Of a stretch of 64,000 nt of DNA, positions 28,518 to 40,159 are shown piece after piece; the stretch's first letter is position 1, and every line of letters starts with the position of its first letter. Made by a program: the position numbers and the translations under genes. This stretch comes from Hormiphora californensis (taxonomy: Eukaryota; Animalia; Ctenophora): positions 8,060,001 through 8,124,000 of the forward strand of contig CM035355.1 of assembly GCA_020137815.1 (NCBI GenBank), given 5' to 3'. The notes under the pieces were generated by a model, which saw nothing but the letters and a program-made list of their open reading frames with translations, was not told the origin of the DNA and did no database searches.

Positions 28518-29948
28518 CCACTACACGCACCACTCCCACATGGGGCCGTGAGGCCCCATGCGAGAGCAGGGTTAAATCCCCCGGACCCGGATCCTGTTGG
28601 ATCTGAGGGCCCGGAGGGCCTGCGGAGTAAAGGTAGGGTAGGTAGAACAATGTACATACGGGTAAATTTAACAATGTACATATGGGTTAAGGAAAGGGGA
28701 TGATTTTAAAAAGGGGGAAGTAAAGTGGGATTAAAGCTCATGGTGACGGAGCACAAGACCTCCTAAACTATCTGCAAAGAAGCCCAATCTGCTACAATGA
28801 ATTCTAAGAGGAGACAACTTATCAGGAACTGAAGAAGCAAACCGTCTGAATCTAAGGCAGCCTAAAACAAGCAGGAACGGGTTCGAGCGAGAAAAAAAAT
28901 AAAATAACACAAATGGATGATGATTACATGTCGAGCCAGAGAGGACAGCCAGCCCGTTCCAGAGAAGCCAGCTGACCCCGCTCCAGAGAAGACAGCCGAC
29001 CCCGTTCCAGAGAAGCCAGCTGACCCCGTTCCAGAGAAGCCAGCTGACCCCGTTCCAGAAAAGTCAGCTGACCCCGTTCCAGAGAAGCCAGCTGACCCCG
29101 TTCCAGAGAAGACAGCCACCCCGTTCCAGAGAAGACAGCTGACCCCGTTCCAGTAAGGACAGCTGACCCCGTTCCAGTAAAGACAGCTGACCCCGTTCCA
29201 GTAAAGACAGCTGACCCCGCCCCAGAGAGGACAGCCACCCCGTTCCAGAGAGGACAGCTGACCCCGTTCCAGTAAGGACAGCTGACCCCGTTCCAGTAAA
29301 GACAGCCGGCCCCGCTCCAGTAAGGACAGCTGACCCCGCTCCAGAGAAGACAGCCACCCCGTTCCAGAGAAGACAGCTGACCCCGCTCCAGTAAGGACAG
29401 CTGACCCCGCTCCAGTAAAGACAGCTGACCCCGTTCCAGAGAGGACAGCCACCCCGTTCCAGAGAGGACGGCTGACCCCGCTCCAGTAAGGACAGCTGAC
29501 CCCGTTCCAGTAAAGACAGCTGACCCCGCTCCAGAGAGGACAGCCACCCCGTTCCAAATAATCATCTCCGATGTAGAACCCTATCAAAAATGGAAGAAGT
29601 GGGTTAGGGGGGCTAGTAGAACAAAAACAGTATTGGTTAGCGGATAAAGGGGCGTTGGGGGTCCACAGTTGGCTGGAAGATGCCTGTTCCACTGGTAACC
29701 CTGAGCCGGAGAAGGCGGGGTAGGAACATACTAGTTGGCGATAATACACTGTGGGCCGCCTCGCCAAGATGTTTTTGTATTTTGTATTTTCTGATTTTTT
29801 TCCGTATTTCTGATACACAGCCACGCTCAGCCGCGGCCACACGGACCTGGAAATCGAACAGGGGGAAAAGGGGATGGGGAAAAAGGTACTCCGTGTGACC
29901 CCGTTGCCCGGGGGAAACCGATTGGAGGTGGTGGCAGGTGGACCAACT

Positions 29949-30034
<86 letters not shown>

Positions 30035-31697
30035 TTCTTTCTCCCCTCTCTCCATGTTTACATAGACTAAATCTCGTCCAATTACACACCACATGCTTGT
30101 ACACACAATAACACACCACATATGTATAACTATAAGTAACTCTCTCCCCTACACACATATGTATAACTATAAGTAACTCTCTCCCCTACACACACATGTA
30201 TAACTAAGCAACTCTCTCCCCTACACACACATGTATAACTAAGCAAGATGCAGCATGACAGAGAAATAGGACACAAACATTAGGGCACAGTGACAGTTGC
30301 TGGAGCTGTGTTGGGGCCTGTGCATGTGTGTCATGTGTGTGTGTGCGGTGTATGTCCCAAACCGAGTTTTATCACAGGGCGGAGGATTGGGGAAGACCTG
30401 GTCTCTACTATAACAACGTACCGGATCAGGAAATACTGGTCCCTGATTGGCTGATAACCAGTCACGTGACCTAAATAGCGAGCTCTGATTGGTTGTTTAC
30501 TCGGTTCCTGGTCTCTACTAACAACGTACCGGATCTAGTTGGTTGTAGCGGGCAATGTCTCTGTGCAGTGTCCTCAGTAGGATCATGGCCACCATTCCAC
30601 TTAAGAAGAGGACTATCACTATACTGTTCAAAATACTGAGAGAGAAAGAGAGGGGATTAGACAATATACTGAGAGAGAGGAGGGGTAGGGGGGATTAGAC
30701 AATATACTGAGAGAGAGAGGAGGGGTAGGGAGGAAGAGGACTATCACTATACTGTTCAGAATACTGAGAGAAAGAGGGGGGATTAGACAATATACTGAGA
30801 GAGAGAGAGGAGGGATAGGGGGGACTTAGTACAATATTGCATGATGAGAGATGAGAGAGAAGAGGGGGGGGATTAGACAATAAACTGAGAGAGAGAGGAG
30901 GAGTAGGGAGGAAGAGGACTATCACTGAGAGAAAGAGGGGGGATTAGACAATATACTGAGAGAGAGAGAGGAGGGATAGGGGGGATTAGACAATATACTG
31001 AGAGAGAGAGAGAGAGAGAGAGAGGGGGGATTAGACAATAAACTGAGAGAGAGAGGAGGAGTAGGGAGGAAGAGGACTATCACTGAGAGAGAGAGAGAGG
31101 AGGAGTAGGGAGGAAGAGGACTATCACTGAGAGAGAGAGGAGGAGTAGGGAGGAAGAGGACTATCACTGAGAGAGAGAGGAGGAGTAGGGAGGAATAGAC
31201 TATCACTGAGAGAGAGAGGAGGAGTAGGGAGGAAGAGGACTATCACTGAGAGAGAGAGGAGGAGTAGGGAGGAATAGGACTATCACTGAGAGAGAGAGAG
31301 AGAGAGGAGGGGTAGGGAGGAAGAGGACTATCACTGAGAGAGAGAGGAGGAGTAGGGAGGAATAGGACTATCACTGAGAGAGAGAGGAGGAGTAGGGAGG
31401 AAGAGGACTATCACTATACTGTTCAGAATACTAAGAGAGAGAGGGGGGATTAGACAATATACTGAGAGAGAGAGAGAGGGGTAGGGGGGATTAGACAATA
31501 TACTGAGAGAGAGAGGGGGGGATTAGACAATATACTGAGAGAGAGAGGGGGGATTAGACAATATACTGAGAGAGAGAGGAGGAGTAGGGAGGAAGAGGAC
31601 TATCACTGAGAGAGAGAGAGAGAGAGAGAGGAGTAGGGAGGAAGAGGACTAATCACTGGAGGGAGAGAAGAGAGAGAGAGGAGAGAGAGAGACGAAG

Positions 31698-31759
<62 letters not shown>

Positions 31760-34700
31760 GAGTAGGGAGGAAGAGGACTATCACTGAGAGAGAGAGGAGG
31801 GGTAGGGAGGAAGAGGACTATCACTGAGAGAGAGAGGAGGAGTAGGGAGGAAGAGGACTATCACTGAGAGAGAGAGGAGGAGTAGGGAGGAAGAGGACTA
31901 TCACTGAGAGAGAGAGAGGAGGAGTAGGGAGGAAGAGGACTATCACTGAGAGAGAGAGGAGGGGTAGGGAGGAAGAGGACTATTACTGAGAGAGAGAGAA
32001 AGAGGAGGAGTAGGGAGGAAGAGGACTATCACTGAGAGAGAGAGGAGGGGTAGGGAGGAAGAGGACTATTACTGAGAGAGAGAGAAAGAGGAGGAGTAGG
32101 GAGGAAGAGGACTATCACTGAGAGAGAGAGAGGAGGAGTAGGGAGGAAGAGGACTATCACTGAGAGAGAGAGGAGGGGTAGGGAGGAAGAGGACTATCAC
32201 TGAGAGAGAGAGGAGGAGTAGGGAGGAAGAGGACTATCACTGAGAGAGAGAGAGAGAGAGAGAGGAGGAGTAGGGAGGAATAGGACTATCACTGAGAGAG
32301 AGAGAGGAGGAGTAGGGAGGAAGAGGACTAGTTACTAGAACAATTATCCCACGGGGGGTGGGGTGGGGGGGGGTGGGTGTGCTATAACACACTAATACCC
32401 GGGGGGGGGGGGGGGGGTATAACACACTAATACCGGGCCACCTACCTATACCACTGCACGTTGACCTGAGTGTTAGAATCCAGTAGATAGTCCCATCTAC
32501 TAGCCCACTCAACCTTGTTGTTCTCTTCCCATTTCACAGAGTATGTGTAGGGGACTGTAATGGTACCGTCATCTCCAAATGTCAGGGACAGAGCTGCCCC
32601 GCCTGTGCAGCCATCCACTGTGTGGGAGTGCCTGAAACAAGTAAACAACCAATCAGAACTCGTTATTTAGGTCACGTGACTGGTTATAATCAGCCAATCA
32701 GGGACCAGTATTTCCTGATTCGGTCGGTTCCTGCTTTATTATTATTCCAACTCACGAGAAAGGTTTGATTTTGACAGCCACTATCCTCCCTGTTCCATCA
32801 CTGTTGGTTTTGTACTCGATCTTGAAATCAACGTGGTTCAGAATGTAATACTGCTCCTGATTTGTAGCGACACCCTGCAAGTGGAACTATTGGTTACCAT
32901 GGTAACCAACAAGTGGAACTATTGGTTACCATGGTAACCAATAAGTGAAACTAGAGTTACCATGGTAACCAACAAGTGGAAGTAGTGATTACCATGGTAA
33001 CCAACAAGTGGAACTATTGGTTACCATGGTAACCAACAAGTGGAAGTAGTGATTACCATGGTAACCAATAAGTGAAACTAGAGTTACCATGATAACCAAC
33101 GCGAACGACCAAAAAGTACCGCGTGGGCCAATAAAAAGGGAGGGTCTTAAATCTTAGTTTTCTCCGGCACCTTAATTTCAATGGTTCTGAAATTTTGACA
33201 AAATGTTGTTGACCTTATGCCAAATATATGTACAGAGTTTCAAGTCCAAAAATGCAAAAATTCATTTATGAACTTAGATTCCAGTTTTTTTAGTTAATTG
33301 AAGGTTTTCCTTGTTCCAAGTCGATTTGGATCGCAAAATTGCAGCCACCCAATAGTTTTAACATTTATCAATGGCAATCTGAAATTTTATTGAAAATGAA
33401 TAAGGTTTAGTGGGTGAAATTAATGAATTAAAAATGATCATTTTTTCAAAAAATGTATTTTCGCTGAAAATGAGAGATTTGCACTGTAGAGATGAAATTA
33501 AAACCTATCTGGGTTATGCTTTTAATCATTTAAGTTCATTCTGGTATGAAAAACTGATAAATTAAATTTTTTTTAATTTTCGATTTTTTAAATTTTTCTT
33601 CGATTTTTCGTTAATAACTGGATAAATTAACATCTAACCGATAGTTCATTAACAAACCGTTAGTTGAGACATTAGTAAATCGAAACCTTGCTAATAGAAG
33701 CTTGCTAATGCCTGAACTTATTGGTAACAACAAGCGTCATGTGACCTCCATGCAAGCAACAAGAAACGTGACCAGGGTGTGACAAAATCTTGTTAGCAAG
33801 ATTGCAATAGGTCTGGAATTCCCTTTGTTGTACCCAGTATCACAATTCCGGCGTGGAGTGCAAAAGAGGTTCATTGAAAACGAAAAAATCTGGAATAGAG
33901 AATACCTAAATTGGCTTAAAAACAGGAATTTAGGTTCATTAATGAATTTCTGCATTTTTGGACTTGAAACTCTGTACATATATTTGGCATAAGCTCAACA
34001 ACATTGTGTCAAAATTTCAGAACCATTGAAATTAAGGTGCCGGAGAAATCTAAGATTTAAGACCCTCCCTTTTTATTGGCCCACGCGGTAGAACTAAGGT
34101 TAACATGGTAACCAACAAGTGGACTTTGTGGTTACCATGGTAACCAAAAAGTGGACTTTGTGGTTACCATGGTAACCAAAAAGTGGAACTATTGGTTACC
34201 AATTACCATTGTAACCAAAAATAAAATGTAGATTGTAACGTAGGGTTGCAGTTAGCAAATTAATAAGGGGTTGCAACTGTTGAAAGATAATTAAAATTAT
34301 ATTTTTATTTGATCGTTTTGTTTATTCATCTGTTCGTAAAAAACTTATTTTTTGTTAACTAGTTTCACCGATTAATTCTGTTAAATTGATATGGACCAAT
34401 TGAGACTCGGTAATACCAAGCAACTAGACTACAGAATCATTGTTACCATGGTAACCAATCAACTACAGAATCATTGTTACCATGGTAACCAATCAACTAC
34501 ATAATCATTGTTACCATGGTAACCAATCAACTACAGAATCATTGTTACCATGGTAACCAATCAACTACATAATCATTGTTACCATGGTAACCAAGCAACT
34601 ACATAATCATTGTTACCATGGTAACCAATCAACTACATAATCATTGTTACCATGGTAACCAATCAACTACATAATCATTGTTACTATGGTAACCAAGCAA

Positions 34701-36685
34701 CTACATAATCATTGTTACCATGGTAACCAATCAACTACATAATCATTGTTACCATGGTAACCAATCAACTACATAATCATTGTTACCATGGTAACCAAGC
34801 AACTACATAATCATTGTTACCATGGTAACCAATCAACTACAGAATCATTGTTACCATGGTAACCAATCAACTACATAATCATTGTTACCATGGTAACCAA
34901 TCAACTACATAATCATTGTTACCATGGTAACCAAGCAACTACATAATCATTGTTACCATGGTAACCAAGCAACTGCAGAATCATCATTATGAAACTCAAG
35001 GTGGACATCACAGTCTTACCGCAATGTATCTAAATTGTACAACCCGCTAAAAAGAAAAAGTCAAAGGTTGTTCTGGTACGCCCCCATTTTTTCTGCAAAT
35101 TCCAATTATTAACTGAACTACAGTTAAGAGTTAGTGTCGTTACCATGGTAACCACGCAACTACAGTTTAGAGTTAGTGTCGTTACCATGGTAACCACTCA
35201 ACTACAGAGTTACTGTCGTTACCATGGTAACCACGCATCTACAGTTTAGAGTTAGTGTAGTTACCATGGTAACCCCACGTACCGGATCACATCTCCCCTG
35301 CGTCTGCCCGTTCTTGTCAATGTAACACCCCACAGGGAAGGAGGTAGTGCAATAGTCCTTACCCTCCCCTCCCTCTGTACACCATGCTACCGGCATATTA
35401 TCAACCACCCTGAGGAGAGGAACATTGGGTTAGTGTGTAGTAGAATTGGGTTTAGAAGATGTAATAGTGTAACAAGTTGGTATAATCTGCTGCTTACACA
35501 CATCGGGGAATGAGAGTTAATAACAATTAATTAGACACACAGTACACACAGTACACACGGGGGTGGGGGGGGGCGACTACAGTGTAGACAGGTAGACTCT
35601 GTAGTCTGTAGAGTGTGTCGCGACATGTCGTTACCATGGTAACCACACAGGGAGGACTACAGTCGTTACCATGGTAACTTACCAATGTTGCTGATAGTTT
35701 GTCGTTACCATGGTAACTTACCAATGTTGCTGATAGTTTGTCGTTACCATGGTAACTTACCAATGTTGCTGATAGTTCTGTTCGATGATCCTTTTCAAGT
35801 CCGTTAGTAACCCCTCACTCTCCACATTTCCCTTCGTGTATGTTTTATCACACAACTTCTTACACATCTCATCTTTTTTATAGGTGAACTGAAGGAGAAA
35901 TGTGTAACTACTGGTCCCTGATTGGCTGATAACCAGTCACATGATCTACATAACGAGTTCTGATTGGTTCCCCCAACAAACCTTATAATTTGTCACGTGG
36001 TATCGATCCCCAAAGAGAACCTGACCAAGGTTTTCTGAAGGTGGCTTCTTCTCTGTGTCGACAGGGCAGAAATCAAACTTTGCATAATCGAAAGGGATTG
36101 CAGACTCGGTGGAATCTAATCGATTAACTAGCACCAATAATTCTGTATTCTGAAATAGAGTGGGTGGGTTAATAATAGTCCACGCCTGTTACATAATAGG
36201 GTAGCGACTGGCTATTTGAAATGGCGGCTAATTTTAAACACCCCCTCTACAGGCCAGCAGGTGCATCAGATTTGAATTTTTAGACATCAGTGGGCTAGTC
36301 GGAACTCATGCCAAGCCTACTGATGTTTAAAAATTCAAATCTGGTGCACCTGCCGGTCTGTAGAGGGGGTGTTTCAAATTAGCCGCCATTTCAAATAGTC
36401 AGTCGATACCCTACCGCCCATATCTGATGGAGTCATGATATACACTACCATGTTATTCAAGTGTCACTGCCTAGCTAGACTGTGTTTCTCGCGCCTTACA
36501 AATGTAAAGGAGGGTTAGAACATAACAAGTTTGTTACAGTGTTATTGTACTTTATATAATTCATCACTTACTTTACATGTTTTAGTTTCAGACTGGCAGT
36601 AATTTACAGGGGCGATAGCTGGAAGGTAAAACGATAGGACAAGAGGGGCTAAGGTAGCTAGGAGTAATGATATCCCAAGTACCAT
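17384..36685 (-). CDS. TM9SF2: Transmembrane 9 superfamily member (nonaspanin), TM9SF2-like, ~16 exons
   Basis: Exons: 36572-36685 (MVLGISLLL...[12 protein letters not shown]), 35982-36149 ([14 protein letters not shown]...[12 protein letters not shown]), 35761-35888, 35283-35409 (VDNMPVAWC), 35020-35046 (tentative microexon), 32756-32874 (YILNHVDF), 32446-32631 (WASRWDYLL), 30530-30635 ([26 protein letters not shown]), 27162-27294 ([16 protein letters not shown]), 23755-23874, 21748-21805, 20056-20157, 19521-19732 (two apparent +1 homopolymer errors), 18985-19165 ([10 protein letters not shown]), 17642-17744, 17384-17451 (KIYSVVKTD*, KxD/E motif). All GT-AG with compatible phases. Confidence 0.93.
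18238..18579. mobile_element. Tc1/mariner-type MITE (related copy at 48393-48648)
   Basis: CAGGGTGTTCATT...AATGAACACCGTG with TA TSD; inserted into a 30-bp tandem array (18100-18735). Confidence 0.8.
22700..23750. repeat. (GACA)n-based compound microsatellite abutting a TM9SF donor
   Basis: Direct reading; contains higher-order duplicated blocks. Confidence 0.95.
24056..26782. mobile_element. TIR DNA element in a TM9SF intron
   Basis: 32-bp TIR CTGCCCCTTTTTTTTAGAATGAAGTATTTGCA / TGCAAATACTTCATTCTAAAAAAAAGGGGCAG; 4-bp TSD TATT; splits one unit of the 95-bp repeat (GTCTACCTACCTATT|GTGACGG); many subterminal TACTTCA motifs. Confidence 0.85.
26783..27196. repeat. 95-bp tandem repeat containing the end of TM9SF exon 27162-27294 and its donor
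   Basis: GTCTACCTACCTATTGTGACGGATATCATGAAGAAGACCTGTGCCCC... recurring at 26867, 26962, 27057 and 27152. Confidence 0.95.
27695..28476 (+). mobile_element. LINE ORF1-only derivative between (TC)n tracts
   Basis: ORF 27754-28287 with CR1/L2-type ORF1 motifs ([14 protein letters not shown]...[19 protein letters not shown]) followed by a short tail and (TC)n; no ORF2. Confidence 0.7.
28935..29557. repeat. 18/21-bp minisatellite
   Basis: GACAGCTGACCCCGTTCCAGAGAA-type units. Confidence 0.9.
30636..32330. repeat. Intronic array built from exon-derived AAGAGGACTATCACT plus (GA)n/GGAGGAGTAGGGAGG
   Basis: The 15-mer is identical to exon bases 30606-30620; longer exon+acceptor copies occur at 30734-30770 and 31401-31435. 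Confidence 0.9.
32632..32733 (+). repeat. ~105-bp dispersed CCAAT/E-box repeat (family; other copies at 5346-5433, 16900-17005, 25113-25190, 30426-30510, 35908-35970, 36856-36961)
   Basis: Consensus CAGGAACCGAC..ACAAGTAAACAACCAATCAGAACTCGTTATTTAGGTCACGTGACTGGTTATCAGCCAATCAGGGACCAGTATTTCCTGATTCGGTCGGTTCCTG, with short terminal inverted repeats. Confidence 0.9.
33119..34088. mobile_element. Tc1/mariner-type MITE
   Basis: ~190-bp TIRs (CCGCGTGGGCCAATAAAAAGGGAGGGTC...) flanked by TA on both sides. Confidence 0.85.
34428..34975. repeat. 34-bp minisatellite with palindromic GTTACCATGGTAAC core, ~16 copies
   Basis: Unit TGTTACCATGGTAACCAATCAACTACATAATCAT. Confidence 0.95.
36197..36413. mobile_element. 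Hairpin MITE (~215 bp near-perfect palindrome)
   Basis: TAGGGTAGCGACTGGCTATTTGAAATGGCGGCTAATT... mirrored by ...AATTAGCCGCCATTTCAAATAGTCAGTCGATACCCTA. Confidence 0.75.
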
Positions 36686-37289
36686 TCTAGAAGAGTGAAA
36701 TGAATTAAACCTGAATTGGGGGGGGGGGGGAGAGTTGGACAGGGAAATACACAGCTGGGTAATGAAGTTAATTAAACCAGAGTTGGACAGGGAAATACAC
36801 AGCTGGGTAGTGAGATATGGACCGCTAAATTATTGCTACATATGATCCCCACCACGAACCGACTGAATCAGGAAACACTGCTCCCTGATTGGCTGATAAC
36901 CAGTCACGTGACCTAAATAACGAGTTCTGATTGGTTGTTTACTTGTGTCGGTCGGTTCCTGATTCCCACTGTGGAAATGATAGATTCCGCACTGGATGAT
37001 AAACGTGGAACATGTGTGTGAAAGAACGAAGGAAATAATAATAATAATACTCATACTTATATCCTGCCCATATTCTACAGGGACAGCAGAGCTTTACAGA
37101 TGCTGCCACTGAAAGAAACTCAGAGCAGTTAACTAACACTTGACCCAATTTAATAGACTACTAAAAAAACGGTGGAAAATCCAAATTATCCGGCTCACAT
37201 ATGTGGGAAAACAGATTAGGCTCATAACAGACAAAATTAGAAAAAAACTCGAAAAAGGCCACAGGTTAATTGTCACCACTGTCACTTGA

Positions 37290-38365
37290 TCACTGCGCTG
37301 GCAAGCGCAAAGGTGACCATTCCCTCCCCCCCCCCCCAGCCGGGCGTGCCAGAATGCAGTAATAACTTTTTTCAGTTTTTAGCCAAAAATGGCATTTTGC
37401 GACGCCCGTAGCGAGGCCCCCACTGCACTAATCAGTCTGAAATTTGGTATACAGTGTCACATAGTCTAGATCTACTGTAGTTTAAAAGGGCAAGTCTCTA
37501 TCTCTTTTAGTTTTAGAGATATGGCATTGTGAAAAAAGCAATAAGTGTCCCGGGTCTATCTATCTATCTATGTATCTATCTATGTATGGATAGACGCTAT
37601 TTTACCAAATTTATAATCGTTTTTGAGAGAAAACGACATAAGATAGACACTTCTCGTTTGTTGCATTCGAAAGATAATCGTTGAAATTGTGTAGACGAAT
37701 ATTTTTCATGTTCTAGGTCCAATCAGAACGTCTTGACAAACTGTCATAAAGATAAGACATTTTTCAAACCAACCAAATTTCTTTGAGCTCAATTTACACC
37801 CTCAAGAAGGTTTCTGATTGAAAAACAGAGACCACACTTATGAAAGATAATCGTCTAAACTTTCAGAAACTATATCGCGAATTTGTAAAACTCTATTTCT
37901 AAGGGTCTCAAATCGCGTCTGAAGTGTTAAGACTGTATGAAAATAGATATGACGATAGTGCGTTTTTCGCCATAGCGACCTCAAATCTTGCCCGATCGAT
38001 ATCAAACTTGGTCAGCCTCTTTAGCTAAATGAGCCTGATAATAATACTTCCCTATCATGACGTTATAACGTCGTGACGTCACGCTATGACGTCACAATGA
38101 CGTCAAAATTTAAATTTTCGTATTTTAGCGATTCCTGACGGTTTTTACTTCTTCTGCTACGTCCAGACATGTCTTACATTGTATTTCACATCAGAAAATA
38201 CCAAAAATATACCCCAATTATGCCAAAAACTAACAGAAATTAGTTGGCTGGAAAGGTGACCACTTTTGTTGTCAAACTGACACCTTTGCCCGGCCCGGGT
38301 TACGGATATCATCGATGGGGTAAATCAGGGGTAAATCAGGGAGTTTGAGAAAAGAGATAGGGAAA

Positions 38366-38433
<68 letters not shown>

Positions 38434-38513
38434 CGGAGAGGGCAAAGGTGTCAGTTTGACAACAAAAGTGGTCACCTTTCCAGCCAACTAATTTCTGTTA
38501 GTTTTTGGCATAA
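37290..38513 (+). mobile_element. Non-autonomous Helitron/Helentron(DINE)-like element, copy 1
   Basis: Starts TCACTGCGCTGGCAAGCGCAAAGGTGACC after an A; internal (TCTA)n; ~80-bp terminal inverted repeat 38218-38300/38430-38513; empty site visible in the paralogous sequence at 51160-51180; no clear TSD. Superfamily assignment is an inference. Confidence 0.65.
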
Positions 38514-40159
38514 TAACTCCATATATATATAGACACAGCTGAAATGTTAAAGGTTATTATAAAATCAGCAGTGCTCAAAAAAATCATCAATCATACAAGA
38601 AATTATATAAAATATGTTTAAGGTTATTATAAAATCAGCAGTGCTCAAAAAAATCATCAATCATACAAGAAATTATATAAAATATTTTACAGTAATAAAA
38701 TGTATAAAACAAAAATTAAAGTCTCCTTAGCTCTCTGTTGTCCATGAACACCTGGACATTGGACACCAATTACCAATCCGGAGCTGTCCCCGTGTACTAG
38801 ATCCTCAAGAAGATCACTGCACTGGCAAGCGCAAAGGTGACCACCACCTCCCCAAGCCGCGCGTGCCAGAAAGCAGTAATAACTTTTTTCAGTTTTTTGC
38901 CAAAAATGGCATTTTGCGAGGCCCATAGCGAGGCCCCCACTGCACCAATCGGTCTGAAATTTGGTATACAGTGTCATGTAGACTAGATCTACTGGAGTTT
39001 AAAAGGGCAAGTCTCTATCTTTTTTAGTTTCAGAGTTATGACATGGTGAAAAAAGCAATAAATGTCCCGGGTCTAATGTATATATCCATCCATATATAAT
39101 AGACGCTTTTTTCACACAATTTGCAGACAATTTTCTGAAAAAAAACTACAAGAGATAGACACTTCTCGTTTGTTGTATTCGAAAGATAATCGTTTGAATT
39201 GTGTTATTGGAGGGTTTTCATGTTCTAGGTCCAACCGGGGGGGGGGGGGGGGGGGGGGGTTCCAACCTATTTTTTTGTATTTTTTTGTACTTTTTTGTAC
39301 GGACCATACATAAAAGTATCCGAAATTCCTGTTTTTTTTCAAACAAACAATACAAAAAAATACAAAAAATAATGAAAGATGTGGGGTACTCACGGGGTTC
39401 TCCATTTTCTAAAAAGCGCAAGGATTACGCAAGGATTACCAAAAAAAAACCCAAAGGTTACGCAAGGTTTTCCGAAAGGGATTACCAAAAAATACGAAAG
39501 GAAATACGCAAAAAATACCTATGGTTCCGCACAGAATACGCAAGGGTTACCAGGGATTACGAAATAATACCCCAAGTAAACGCAAAAACCCCAAAGGGGT
39601 TACGCGGGGGATTAGCAAAATTCCCGAAAAGAACACGCAAGAAAAAACGAAATCCCAAAGGGGATCCAATTTGCTATCCCTTTCGTATCCTTTGCGAAAA
39701 CCCACTGGGGGTTTTTCCCAAACCCCCCTCCCCCTTCTCATCCTTTTTGCAATTGTCCTAAAATCTCCCCTCCCCCTTTTCTCCTCTCCCTCCCCCTCTC
39801 CCCTCCCCTCCCCCCTCCCTCCCCTCTCCCTCTCCCTCCCCCTCTCCCTCCCCCTCCCCTCTCCCTCTCCCTCTCCCTTACCCAGACGAAATAACAGGTG
39901 ATAAAGACCCCCACTTTACCTCCCCAAAATAGTTTTTTCGTTCACATATCCAACTGACAAAAAGGGGTAGAGAACCAAATCACCCTCCCCAAAGATATTT
40001 ATTCGTATCACGAAACCCAACTACCCAAACTAGACAAAGGGGTAGAGAGCCCCGGGATGGGAGAGAGGATGGGGAGAGATAAAAGGGGAGGGGGGGCCCG
40101 TTGGGGGGAGTTTCTCCTTAAAGAGGGGAGGGAGAGGGGCGGGTTTTTGGAAAATTCAC

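Noticed and set aside
28515-28645. Possible twister/HDV ribozyme or snRNA
   Set aside because: Hairpins are present but I could not fit the conserved catalytic cores by eye.
28862-30121. 419-aa ORF
   Set aside because: Runs through a minisatellite and (TC)n inside a TM9SF intron; no domain.
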